A DNA stretch of 34,507 nucleotides from a virus (taxonomy: Duplodnaviria; Caudoviricetes), in the IMG/VR virus record IMGVR_UViG_3300044267_005327, positions 1-34,507 of that record; one strand, written 5' to 3'. Below, one piece after another: positions 26,274 to 34,507 of this stretch. Each line of letters begins with the position of its first letter. The stretch's first letter is position 1. Made by a program: the position numbers and the translations under genes. The notes under the pieces are model-generated. The model was given only the letters and a program-made list of their open reading frames with translations, was not told the DNA's origin and did no database searches.

Positions 26274-26660
26274 TTAAGCAGCCGTCACCGTAAGATCGCC
26301 GGAATTGATTCGCAAAACATCGCCCGAGCCGATTGTTTTCGCGCTTGCGAACGCGCCATGGAGTAATAAATTGCCTCCTGACGCGGCGTCAAAAATGCCC
26401 CAAAATCCGATTGAACCCCACGATCCAGTCGCGGTCGGGAAAGTTACCGTCGCATTCGTTGCGGCAGAGGCGCTCGATGCAGCGGCGAATGTGATCGCCT
26501 GACGGGCATAGCCGCTTCCGCTTAATTCGGTTCCGCTTGCGTCGTCTCCGAAGCTGCCGGTCGATAGCCCAATCCTAACAGTTGACGGCATCGTGTAGCT
26601 GCCGGTTCCGAGAATGTGATCCAGTATCTCGTTTTCAAGATGATCGCTCATTGCGCTCAT
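26274..26660 (-). CDS. Virion structural protein (tail-associated)
   Basis: 'SDHLENEILDH...ELSGSGYARQAITF...FDAASGGNLL'. Confidence 0.75.
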   Translation of the reverse strand: MSAMSDHLENEILDHILGTGSYTMPSTVRIGLSTGSFGDDASGTELSGSGYARQAITFAAASSASAATNATVTFPTATGSWGSIGFWGIFDAASGGNLLLHGAFASAKTIGSGDVLRINSGDLTVTAA

Positions 26661-27286
26661 GTAAGTTCTCCAAAATCAGTAGTTAGAGTTAGAGTACCAC
26701 CGCCAAACCGTGAACGGTCTTCGTCGTTTTGAATATCCTGGATGCCCTTCAAAAAGAGCGCATCGTGTTGCGCCCGCCGCGCCGGGTCCATCAAAAAGCC
26801 GAAAGCCTCTGCCAGTGCGCCGTGCAAATAAATGTCGGGGTGGCGCGTCAGTATATTGTTCGTCGCAGTGCTGTCAGACAGCGCGTCGATGTTGGCGACA
26901 TAAGCAATTTCGGCCTCGTAGCCGCTGTCGGGAATAGGCCGAAAATAAATCTCGGTGCCGACGATGCTGTAGCTTTGCGGCTTGCCTTGTCCAGTTCCCG
27001 AGTGCTGACGGTCAATACTGACGGGCGTCATAAATGACAGGTTCGTGATCGGTGAAGTGTTCAATCGAACATGACGTATGCGGCGCACGTCGCCGGGCAG
27101 CGAGACGTATTGGTCGCCAGCCACTAGCGTTGATGTGACGCGCTTCTCCTGACTGCGTGTCTCCACTTCTCGGTTCATTCGCGCTTCGGCCAGAGCGATA
27201 AATTCCGCAGCGCGACCCTGCAAGTCAGTGCGGGCAAGCCAGTTATCGACCGCCGTTTTCAACTCGGTAAAAGTCGAGATGGCCAT
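26657..27286 (-). CDS. Head-tail adaptor protein
   Basis: 'ELKTAVDNWLAR.DL...FIALAEARMNR' and 'PDIYLHGAL.EA'. Confidence 0.8.
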   Translation of the reverse strand: MAISTFTELKTAVDNWLARTDLQGRAAEFIALAEARMNREVETRSQEKRVTSTLVAGDQYVSLPGDVRRIRHVRLNTSPITNLSFMTPVSIDRQHSGTGQGKPQSYSIVGTEIYFRPIPDSGYEAEIAYVANIDALSDSTATNNILTRHPDIYLHGALAEAFGFLMDPARRAQHDALFLKGIQDIQNDEDRSRFGGGTLTLTTDFGELT

Positions 27287-27600
27287 TACAATTTTCCGCC
27301 CGTAGTACGCAAATACTGATTTTCTGGGTCGTTAAGGAATCGTTTCCAGGCCGCTAAGTTTTTTTGCGGCTCACCGAGCTTTTTGACGAGGTCGTAAAAC
27401 AAGACTGCCGGAAACTCCGCGACTTTGTGGGTATGCTTCGACCCGGTCATGTAGTCGCCGGGCTTCCACTCGTTTTTAAACTTCTTGTTTTGCTCCAGAA
27501 TTGGCGTGACCTCTTGCTCTGTGACAACGCTCATGTCGTCGCCTTCCCATTGCGCGTAGGTCCGCTTTCCAGGTGACTTACTCAGTAATTTTTTCATCAC
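27286..27600 (-). CDS. Conserved hypothetical protein downstream of the capsid gene
   Basis: 'EQEVTPILEQNK...VAEFP...LNDPENQYLRT'; TAATG coupling to the adaptor gene. Confidence 0.75.
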   Translation of the reverse strand: MMKKLLSKSPGKRTYAQWEGDDMSVVTEQEVTPILEQNKKFKNEWKPGDYMTGSKHTHKVAEFPAVLFYDLVKKLGEPQKNLAAWKRFLNDPENQYLRTTGGKL

Positions 27601-27627
27601 AAAAAAGGGGAGGCAAAAGCCTCCCCT
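27601..27627 (-). terminator. Intrinsic terminator after the major capsid gene
   Basis: Minus strand AGGGGAGGC-TTTT-GCCTCCCCT-TTTTT. Confidence 0.85.
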
Positions 27628-27652
27628 CTCCCGTTGTTATCAAGAGGTCTTA

Positions 27653-27896
27653 TTAAGACGTATTGAGATCAAGGACTGCTGCGTGTGCCTTTGGCGCACG
27701 AACAATCAATGTCCACTCCGACAAAATTGCGAATTGCGTCCGATCTCCAGTGGGCGCGACATCGCTCACGGAATACATCCGACCCGGCAAATGACCAATC
27801 GAGTAATGGTCACTGTCGATTAGAAATATTTCCGAATTAGACGCCTGTCGGTCAATGACAACATTCAACGTGCCGAAGTCGGTTAGGTACATAGAT
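27653..27896 (-). CDS. Major capsid protein, exon 2
   Basis: SMYLTDFGTLNVVIDR...EWTLIVRAPKAHA is the capsid C-terminus; in frame with exon 1 after intron removal. Confidence 0.9.
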
Positions 27897-28143
27897 CATT
27901 TGTGTTCGCCTTAGTTCGCGAAACTAAGACCGCTTCCGCTGCTGCGCGTCACCGCGCAGATCAGACCATATCATCGCCCCGAAGGGCGTCTGGCGCTTCG
28001 GCTGGGCTTCCAGCCTACTCCCCGAAGGGATGGTCGTTGCACCTTCCTCGTTAGAGGCTTGGCTCAGGATTGTCTATTTCCAGAGTTCCCCTGAGTTCAC
28101 CAGATTTTCGAGATTGATTTCTCAATCAAGCCGCATTCAGTTT
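27897..28143 (-). ncRNA. Group I self-splicing intron (IA-like, 247 nt, no ORF)
   Basis: 5' exon ends in U paired with G in P1 (CCGU/GCGG); terminal G at 27897; P3 UCUGGUG/CGCCAGA, P4 CUCAGG/CCUGAG, P7 A(C)GACCA/UGGUCU, J8/7 AUGAUA, plus P7.1, P7.2, P8 and P9 hairpins. Confidence 0.93.
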
Positions 28144-28850
28144 ACGGAACCGATCATGATGGCGTCTTGCGGTGCATTAGCCGTCATGTGCAGTTGGTTT
28201 GTCACCAGACTGCCGGAATTGAGGTCAGAAAACGCGACCTTATTCGCGGGAGAAACGACGAGCATGTCAGGTGTACCGCCGTCATCATAAGCCAGCTTCA
28301 TGGCATTATCGATGTCAGCTAGTGCAAGTGCGTCGTCAGTTCCCGACAAGGTGGCAGCGTCTGTTCCAGTTCCAGCCGAAGCCGACGAACCAGACTCAGC
28401 TACCACATTGGTGATCCACGACAGAAACTTTCCAGCTTTACGTGGATCGCTTCCGCTGCGGGCTTCGTTTTTAAACAGCGACTTGTCAATGTCGCGGCGC
28501 TGTTCCAATCCCTTTAAGACCTTCACATATGCAGACTCGCGGTCGCGCCCTGCTTTGTCCACGGTCTCCAAGGTACCGCTTACCTGTGCGGCTTGCACAG
28601 ATATTTGGTGGTGATTGCCGACACGGGTAGTGGCACTCGGGTTCACATAACTGTAGTCCGCACCTTCATTGACATGATTGTCGTCGGCGGCGGCTGTTAA
28701 TTCTTGAACCTGCCATTCGTGGAGTACACCTTTCGTTGTCTCCATTTTAGCGTTGCTTACCAGCGGGGTTTCAGCCGGGTCGATACGAGTGATTACATCA
28801 CTCAGGTCTTCCCGTTCGCCAACCGCTGCTGACGTGGCCCACGTAGCCAT
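28144..28850 (-). CDS. Major capsid protein, exon 1 (DUF5309/SU10-type; 316 aa spliced)
   Basis: 'GEREDLSDVITRIDPAETP...HEWQ...NEGAD...RRDIDKSL'; follows the scaffold gene. Confidence 0.92.
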
Positions 28851-28861
28851 TTTCTCGTCTC

Positions 28862-29863
28862 CTATTTTTGCAAAAGATAATCGACAGCGGCATCAACCGA
28901 CTGCCGTCCCCTCTGCTTGTTGATGTTCTGAAGCGCTTGTCTCTTCCGCTTCGAGTTAAGTTGTTTTTTGCTCGTAGGAGTACCCGCTTTGGCCATCTTC
29001 GGTGCCTTGGCCGCTTTCTTTGTTGCAGCCGGTTTGCTCTTCATTAGCTCGTCGTACAAATGGGCCTTTCGCAATGCTTTGATTGCACGGTGATCAGCTA
29101 TTCTGCCGACTTCGCTCTCGGTGTATCCAAGATCACGCATGGCATAAGTGTGGAGCGCAGACCTTTCTTTCTGCGCAATACGCTCATCGCGCCACTCGGG
29201 TATCACATCGAGTAATTTTTCAGCTTCCTGTGCGCGGTGTTCCTGTAACTGCGCTTGCAGTTGCTCATATTGCTCCTGACGAACCCGCTCTTGTTCAGCT
29301 TGCACTTGCGCACGTGCATCGCGCTGGTCTCGCCAAGCCTCTCGCTGCTTGACGTATTCGATTGGGTCTTCGTTTTGTAGCAACTCCCAGTATTCCTGGG
29401 TTGGCTCCGATTGGTTTAACGCGGTACTTATCTGTTCCAACTGAGCGGCATAGCTCTCTCGCTGTGCCAAAAGCGCGTCCAGTTCTGCCTCTGCCTTTTT
29501 CCGGTTTTCGGCAATTTGCTGTGTCTTGCGCGTGTAGTCCGATTGACGCATGTAGCCTAATTGCAATTCATCAAGCGTCAAATCGACTTCGTCTTCACCA
29601 ACACGAACCCGGTAAGTTTCCGGCTCTTCAGCACTGGCTTCAACTACCTCGGCTTCTTCGTCATCGTCTTCAGTGTCATCGCCTTCAGCGATGTCCTCAG
29701 ACTCTAACTCTTCGGCGTCGGCTTCAACTTCAACCTCGGCGGTTTCAGTAGCGGCTTCTTCTTCCTCAACAGGCGTATCCTCCTCAGGGGCCGTTTGATC
29801 AAGAAGTGCGTCCACGGCATTTGCAATGGACAGCGGAGTCCCTTCTTGGGGTGCTTCGCTCAT
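28862..29863 (-). CDS. Scaffolding protein
   Basis: Acidic N-terminus, 'TLDELQLGYMRQSDYTRKTQ', coiled coil and basic C-terminus; GGAG RBS at ATG 29863. Confidence 0.88.
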   Translation of the reverse strand: MSEAPQEGTPLSIANAVDALLDQTAPEEDTPVEEEEAATETAEVEVEADAEELESEDIAEGDDTEDDDEEAEVVEASAEEPETYRVRVGEDEVDLTLDELQLGYMRQSDYTRKTQQIAENRKKAEAELDALLAQRESYAAQLEQISTALNQSEPTQEYWELLQNEDPIEYVKQREAWRDQRDARAQVQAEQERVRQEQYEQLQAQLQEHRAQEAEKLLDVIPEWRDERIAQKERSALHTYAMRDLGYTESEVGRIADHRAIKALRKAHLYDELMKSKPAATKKAAKAPKMAKAGTPTSKKQLNSKRKRQALQNINKQRGRQSVDAAVDYLLQK

Positions 29864-29925
29864 AAAAATCTCCAAATTTTTTAAAGGCTGACGCACAGTG
29901 CGCCTTGGCCATCCCGACTACGGGA

Positions 29926-30204
29926 TTACATAAAGGACTTCTTGCGAAGCTCCTTAATCTGCTTTTCTGCCATAGACCCGGTCTCCATGACCGATTGTAA
30001 ATGGCTGCGGACGGCATCGACTGCTTGCGCCAAATAGTAAAGCCGCTCGCGGGTCTCGCCGTCTTTTAGAGCGGTCGCAGACCACTCCTCTTGATATCTC
30101 GCCTTAAGAAAGTCAAAACTCTCCTCAAAGATTGGGTTGCGAAATAACTCTGCGGCTTGCGCGGCTCGATTAATTTCTCGCTGCAGTTGAAGCTCGTCGT
30201 TCAA
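29926..30204 (-). CDS. Small conserved head-module protein
   Basis: 'AAELFRNPIFEE...RERLYY'; TTGA overlap with the upstream ORF. Confidence 0.75.
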   Translation of the reverse strand: MNDELQLQREINRAAQAAELFRNPIFEESFDFLKARYQEEWSATALKDGETRERLYYLAQAVDAVRSHLQSVMETGSMAEKQIKELRKKSFM

Positions 30205-30365
30205 TTCAAACCACCCTGCATATTATCCGCAACGTCTTCATCTACAAAAAAGTGCAAAAACTCACGGGCCTCCAAAACAGAATCGAAACCCTCGACACAA
30301 ATCGTTAAGGTCACGCCGCCTTTTTCATCCGTTTTTGTGTAGGCAGAATAGACGGGTACCCACAC
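30201..30365 (-). CDS. 54-aa hypothetical protein (not in ORF track)
   Basis: MWVPVYSAYTKTDEKGGVTLTICVEGFDS...; TAGTG and TTGA couplings fill the gap exactly. Confidence 0.6.
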   Translation of the reverse strand: MWVPVYSAYTKTDEKGGVTLTICVEGFDSVLEAREFLHFFVDEDVADNMQGGLN

Positions 30366-32410
30366 TACTGCGTTCTCGGAAGATTAGTCGAAACGTCGAC
30401 GCCGCTGATTGCTTCGACGCCGCGCAACTCTGCCTCAAGCTGCATTTCGCGCATCCGCATCTGCATTTTCATTTCCATCTCTTGCCGTTTAATCTCCAAC
30501 TCGGCAGCAGCCTTCTCGCGCTTCATCTCAATCTCGGCCTGCAACTTCATGCGGTCGTTTTCAATCTCGGCTTGCGCCTTCGCTTTCTCGAGCGCGATGA
30601 CCTTGTCTTCGGGACTTTCAGATTGTTCCGCACGCTCTTTAATTTTCTGCTGCGTCTCCGGGTCGAGATTGTCGGGTGACAAAAAGAAAACGCTGCTGTC
30701 CTTAAAGCCGCTTAACTCGACAATCTTGCCGAGCGTGTCGCGGTATTGTTGCAACGTACAAAGCGGATTTATCACGCCGAGCTTGGTCAGGATTTCTTCT
30801 TGCTTGGCGGCAATCTGCGTTAGCACCGCAATGCGGCGGTCGCTGTCTCCGGTGCCTAAGCCGACTTCAACAATCGTATCGAATTCGGTATTCCAACGCT
30901 GGGGGTCCATCTCAACAAATTTATTGCGAAGCCGGATGACGCGAGATTGCTGCTGGTACTCCGTCACCAAATTAAGCACGCTTTTCATCAGATGCTTCAC
31001 GCCGGTCTCGGCAAAGACGCGAGCTATCATTTCAATCTTCTGTTGGCTCGCTGATATCGTAGCCGCTACCGCAGCCTTCGTACTCGACTGCAACGCGTCA
31101 GGGTCCAAACCCATCGACGCCTTCGTCAAACCAGTGCGGTTCTCTTTTACGTTATCCATATACTCAAGAAGCGGAAATGCTGCTTGACTGATTGACGGCG
31201 GCGAAATGGGTTGCACCATTCCCGGCGCTCTCATTCGCACGATGCCGCCGGGGCGATTTGTCGTCAAATCATCCAAATTTACCTGACCCTCAACAGCCGC
31301 AATTCTTGCGTTGTTTGTCAAGTACACGTTATCCAGTTGCTGGCGAATGAGCGACGACTTGATTAACTGACAGTCCTTAATCAATTCCGCAATTGAGCGC
31401 CCAACCATTCTGTGCGGCATTAAAATTGGCGAAACAACGGAGAATGGAATTTCTCCAAACGGCTCGTTTTTTACAACTTCATAAGAAGGGCCAATCGTAC
31501 AAACACGCCTTAATTCGGCAATTCCATCTCCATCATAATCGGAATGAATGTAGACCTCTGTATACAGAACACCCTGCTCACTCGGATCGTGCGAGCTATC
31601 CGCATCGCCACTCTCCAAGTCTTGGAACCGTGTCTGCTTTTCTCCAACCTCGTCAATTTCCGAATAGCCAGCATGCTCTTCAACCAACTCACGGTCATAA
31701 CCCATCGCAACCAAATCGCTCACGCTTAAGGTCGTGCGATGTGCCGCAAATCGGCAGTCGTCAATGCTCTTTGAGCGGCGATTAAAAAGAAACTCTTCCG
31801 GCGGAATGTTCTCGATGCGAACGCGACCGTCCTGTTTTGTCCGCTTGACACGGATGTCGAACACCAAAGGCATAATTCCGCCATCCGGCGCTTCGACTTC
31901 GCGACTCTCCTGCTCTAAAACTTCAAGGGCAGGATTAGAAAGCAACGCCGTCAACTCATCTTCTGTTAAGTCTTCATAAACCTCTTCGGAAACGCTCTCA
32001 CTTTCATCAAAATAGTGCTTCACCACACCCATCTTAAAGAGCAAAGCATCTTTAAAGAAATTATGAAGAATAACGAAGCCATTGTTGTCTGAGTTAAGTA
32101 TAAAATTAACGTATTCTGTTGCTTGGTTTGCCGCGTCAATGTCTTCTGGGCCGCGAGGCGCAAAGCGGACGAAGTCGCCCGAAGCGGTGAAAATCTTCAT
32201 CAGACTCGGAAGAATGCTCTCAATGACATCCGAGACCTCAGTCATCACAACCTGGGATCGACCTTTTTGCTCATTACCAAAAGGCTCGCCCATATAAAAA
32301 TCCATCGTTTCTACACGGTCAGCGGCCAGTTCCTGATCAGTGAAATTAATCGCTGACTGGATTTCGCTGCGGACGATAGATTGGAATTCGTCGTCGTCTT
32401 TTTTTGCCAT
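30365..32410 (-). CDS. Portal protein (P22/SU10-like)
   Basis: 681 aa; 'FYMGEPFGNE..GRSQVV', 'FKDALL.KMGVVK', 'ENIPPEEF'; long C-terminal coiled coil. Confidence 0.92.
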   Translation of the reverse strand: MAKKDDDEFQSIVRSEIQSAINFTDQELAADRVETMDFYMGEPFGNEQKGRSQVVMTEVSDVIESILPSLMKIFTASGDFVRFAPRGPEDIDAANQATEYVNFILNSDNNGFVILHNFFKDALLFKMGVVKHYFDESESVSEEVYEDLTEDELTALLSNPALEVLEQESREVEAPDGGIMPLVFDIRVKRTKQDGRVRIENIPPEEFLFNRRSKSIDDCRFAAHRTTLSVSDLVAMGYDRELVEEHAGYSEIDEVGEKQTRFQDLESGDADSSHDPSEQGVLYTEVYIHSDYDGDGIAELRRVCTIGPSYEVVKNEPFGEIPFSVVSPILMPHRMVGRSIAELIKDCQLIKSSLIRQQLDNVYLTNNARIAAVEGQVNLDDLTTNRPGGIVRMRAPGMVQPISPPSISQAAFPLLEYMDNVKENRTGLTKASMGLDPDALQSSTKAAVAATISASQQKIEMIARVFAETGVKHLMKSVLNLVTEYQQQSRVIRLRNKFVEMDPQRWNTEFDTIVEVGLGTGDSDRRIAVLTQIAAKQEEILTKLGVINPLCTLQQYRDTLGKIVELSGFKDSSVFFLSPDNLDPETQQKIKERAEQSESPEDKVIALEKAKAQAEIENDRMKLQAEIEMKREKAAAELEIKRQEMEMKMQMRMREMQLEAELRGVEAISGVDVSTNLPRTQ

Positions 32411-33681
32411 TAGTCTAGCAATCCTAATATTTCACCGTCCCGCTCCAGCATCTTCGTCCGGTCGAGAACGTCTTGGTCCCATATGGCATAGTTGCGCGAG
32501 CCTTCGCCTGCGCCTCGACTGCCTCGGTCAAGGTATTTCACGCCGGGGATGCCAGCTTCGCGGAGAGCGTCGGCGGTTTTATTTTCAGCAACTTCATAGA
32601 ATTGGCGGCGAACACTTACATCTGAACCAATCGGCCAATCCAAAGACCCAGACTTTTCAACTATGAGATTATAAGCCTGCTCGCCGGTAATAGATGACCG
32701 CAATTTGGTATCAGGGTACAATTTTTCTAAAATAAAAGTAACCTTGTCACCAACCGCACCTTGTTCACTCAACGGTGCATCCCAGTCGAGAGTTTTAGCG
32801 GCATCGGCGTCGGGGATGTCGAGCTTGTAGAGGGTGCCTTTGGGGTAGCGCTCTTCGATGAACCGCTTGTTTGCAATCATAAAGTCTGCCGCATTAGAAA
32901 AGTCGTCAGCAGTTTTTAATGCTGTCGGTACATCATCAGCATGCTTTAAGTTCACAACATTATCTATATAGACATCGACGTCTTGCATCCACTCGGGAAA
33001 CTCCGACGCTTTTTTAAGCGGCTTACCGAATGCCACACGTTCAGCCTGTTCACGAATCTCTGAAGCCACAGCACTTAAGTCATAAGCCGTGTCGTTTAAG
33101 TCTTGTCCGGTATAATGTGAGTAAAACCCTAAACGCTGAAGTTCTGTAGCGTCATGTGGAACATGCCCTTTCGCAAAATCCACCCGCTCTCCTTTGTAAA
33201 AAATATCTGGGTCTCTGGTTAAATCGTCTCGATATCTTGTCCCGACCCCTTTCGACTCTGCCGTATAAAACCCCGGCCCATAAGCTTGCGCACCCTCGCC
33301 CGTTCCCATCTTGTCAAGGCGGGGGCGTCCATATGGGAAGCCCGGTTCCGCTGCCCACCTGTGCGGCCCGCCGTGCCATACGTTCGCCGCCAAGCTGCCG
33401 CTTGGAGCGCGGCCCAACAAGCCGCCGCCTAGCATCGTGTCCAGCGCCATTTGGCTTACATCTGTCGGCGTGGCGCGGTAGCCTTGCGCGGCGGCGCCAG
33501 GCAACATTGCGCTTTTTATTAGATCAATCGCAACCTCCGGTACGCCAAACTCGACAACAGACATCTCTTCCGGCACCATCGTGTCGCCGGTTGGGCGATA
33601 CGCTTTGACAAGTGGCAAAAGCGTCGAACGATGATGGACGGCGTCGTCAAGCAAACCACGAACGTTTGGCGTGTCAGTCAC
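32410..33681 (-). CDS. ADP-ribosyltransferase-like (polyvalent-protein ART-type) domain protein
   Basis: 'VWHGGPH...MGTGEGAQAYGPGFYTAE' and 'LREAGIPGVKYLD.GSR....SRNYAIWD'. Confidence 0.65.
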   Translation of the reverse strand: MTDTPNVRGLLDDAVHHRSTLLPLVKAYRPTGDTMVPEEMSVVEFGVPEVAIDLIKSAMLPGAAAQGYRATPTDVSQMALDTMLGGGLLGRAPSGSLAANVWHGGPHRWAAEPGFPYGRPRLDKMGTGEGAQAYGPGFYTAESKGVGTRYRDDLTRDPDIFYKGERVDFAKGHVPHDATELQRLGFYSHYTGQDLNDTAYDLSAVASEIREQAERVAFGKPLKKASEFPEWMQDVDVYIDNVVNLKHADDVPTALKTADDFSNAADFMIANKRFIEERYPKGTLYKLDIPDADAAKTLDWDAPLSEQGAVGDKVTFILEKLYPDTKLRSSITGEQAYNLIVEKSGSLDWPIGSDVSVRRQFYEVAENKTADALREAGIPGVKYLDRGSRGAGEGSRNYAIWDQDVLDRTKMLERDGEILGLLD

Positions 33682-33800
33682 TACGCCTTTTTCTTTCTTA
33701 CACGCTTCTTTTTAACAGCCGCCAACGGCTCGACTTTGCGCGGCCTTGCGTGAATAATCGTGTAAGGGCTGGCGTTAAGCGGGATTTCAACGCTTCGCAT
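33681..33800 (-). CDS. 39-aa basic peptide (not in ORF track)
   Basis: MRSVEIPLNASPYTIIHARPRKVEPLAAVKKKRVRKKKA; TAGTG coupling to the next gene. Confidence 0.55.
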   Translation of the reverse strand: MRSVEIPLNASPYTIIHARPRKVEPLAAVKKKRVRKKKA

Positions 33801-33894
33801 TTGTCAATCTCTTTCCGGTCTTCTTGGCATACTTTCTTGCCGCTGCCTTGCCCTTTGTCGAGTAACTGAAATGACGTTTTCCAACCTTTGGCAT
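33787..33894 (-). CDS. 35-aa basic peptide (not in ORF track)
   Basis: MPKVGKRHFSYSTKGKAAARKYAKKTGKRLTNAKR; GAGGGAG RBS. Confidence 0.7.
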   Translation of the reverse strand: MPKVGKRHFSYSTKGKAAARKYAKKTGKRLTNAKR

Positions 33895-33901
33895 AGCTCC
33901 C

Positions 33902-34507
33902 TCACACAACAAAACTGGTGTCTGGCTCAAAATCCTGAGTCCAGCCGTACTTCAAACCATGTGCGCCAATCACGGCATTGCTGGCAAAAGTCAGGCAAAA
34001 CGCATCCGCCATGTCGGGACTCGCAATCCCGCGCTTCCGCAACTCATCCTTACTCTCAACCTTAATCTTGCCAGCACTCGTAAACTGAAATCGCGGAGCC
34101 GCCATCTCAGCCACAAAAGCACCATCATCAGGTATCCGGCAGTCCTTCGCCTCAAACCACTCTCGGCTGCGATACCAAAGCTCGTCCCTTAAACGCATGT
34201 ATTTCTGCGCCATACTTGGCGACTCAGCGACGTTTATGCCGCGAGCGGGCAAATTTAACTCAATCAATCGGTCAGTCGTTCCGCTACCAATTCCAATCGA
34301 GTCCACCAAAATCTCAACCGGACGTTCGTCGTGGTTAGCCGCCTCGTACTCATTGTGAATAATGCCAGCTAACTCCATCGTGGACTTGTCGCGCCACGTT
34401 TTTATTGGCTCCAAAAGAACCGAACCCCGACGCTTCGCCAATGCCGACTTGTCACTGCCATATCTTGCACAGTCAACTCCCCACACAACCGGAGCGATGT
34501 TTGACTC
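33902..34507 (-). CDS. terL: Terminase large subunit, C-terminal nuclease domain (5' truncated by window edge)
   Basis: 'WGVDCARYGSDKS', 'VDSIGIGSG' and 'ESKDELRKRGIASPDMADA'; frame is open to the window end. Confidence 0.92.
   Translation of the reverse strand, partial: ESNIAPVVWGVDCARYGSDKSALAKRRGSVLLEPIKTWRDKSTMELAGIIHNEYEAANHDERPVEILVDSIGIGSGTTDRLIELNLPARGINVAESPSMAQKYMRLRDELWYRSREWFEAKDCRIPDDGAFVAEMAAPRFQFTSAGKIKVESKDELRKRGIASPDMADAFCLTFASNAVIGAHGLKYGWTQDFEPDTSFVV

Larger units (their letters stand above)
1..34507. mobile_element. Temperate podovirus-like bacteriophage genome, near complete, circularly permuted
   Basis: Terminase, portal, scaffold, capsid, tail, lysis, replication, repressor/Cro and integrase modules are all present, with no host genes. 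terS lies at the left end and the terL C-terminus at the right end on the same strand. Confidence 0.95.

Noticed and set aside
28030-28290. 86-aa plus-strand ORF over the intron as a homing endonuclease
   Set aside because: Antisense to the intron and lacks HNH, GIY-YIG, LAGLIDADG or PD-(D/E)XK motifs.
27653-28850. Capsid gene as a pseudogene, two genes or a programmed frameshift
   Set aside because: The insert has a full group I core, and canonical U/G splice sites restore the frame exactly.

Overview
Nearly complete genome (about 34.5 kb) of a temperate, short-tailed (P22/SU10-like morphogenesis) phage, most likely of an alphaproteobacterial host (inferred from gene families). It is linearised between terS (left end) and terL (right end, N-terminal half missing). 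The minus strand carries cro, replication/recombination genes, a methylase and terS at the left, and terL, portal, scaffold, capsid, tail, ejection and lysis genes at the right. The plus strand carries the repressor, early genes and a tyrosine integrase. The standout feature is a 247-nt ORF-less group I intron (27897-28143, IA-like) interrupting the major capsid gene; removing it restores a 316-aa frame. Other signals: six 17-bp CGTAA-N7-TTAC(G/T) operators, one at the packaging-operon promoter; a 21-bp palindromic tandem array behind a winged-helix gene; a free-standing PD-(D/E)XK nuclease in the lysis cassette; an ART-like protein with GLLD at both ends; and an inverted small-gene/HTH cassette beside a candidate attP. 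Family names come from motif recognition, not database searches.
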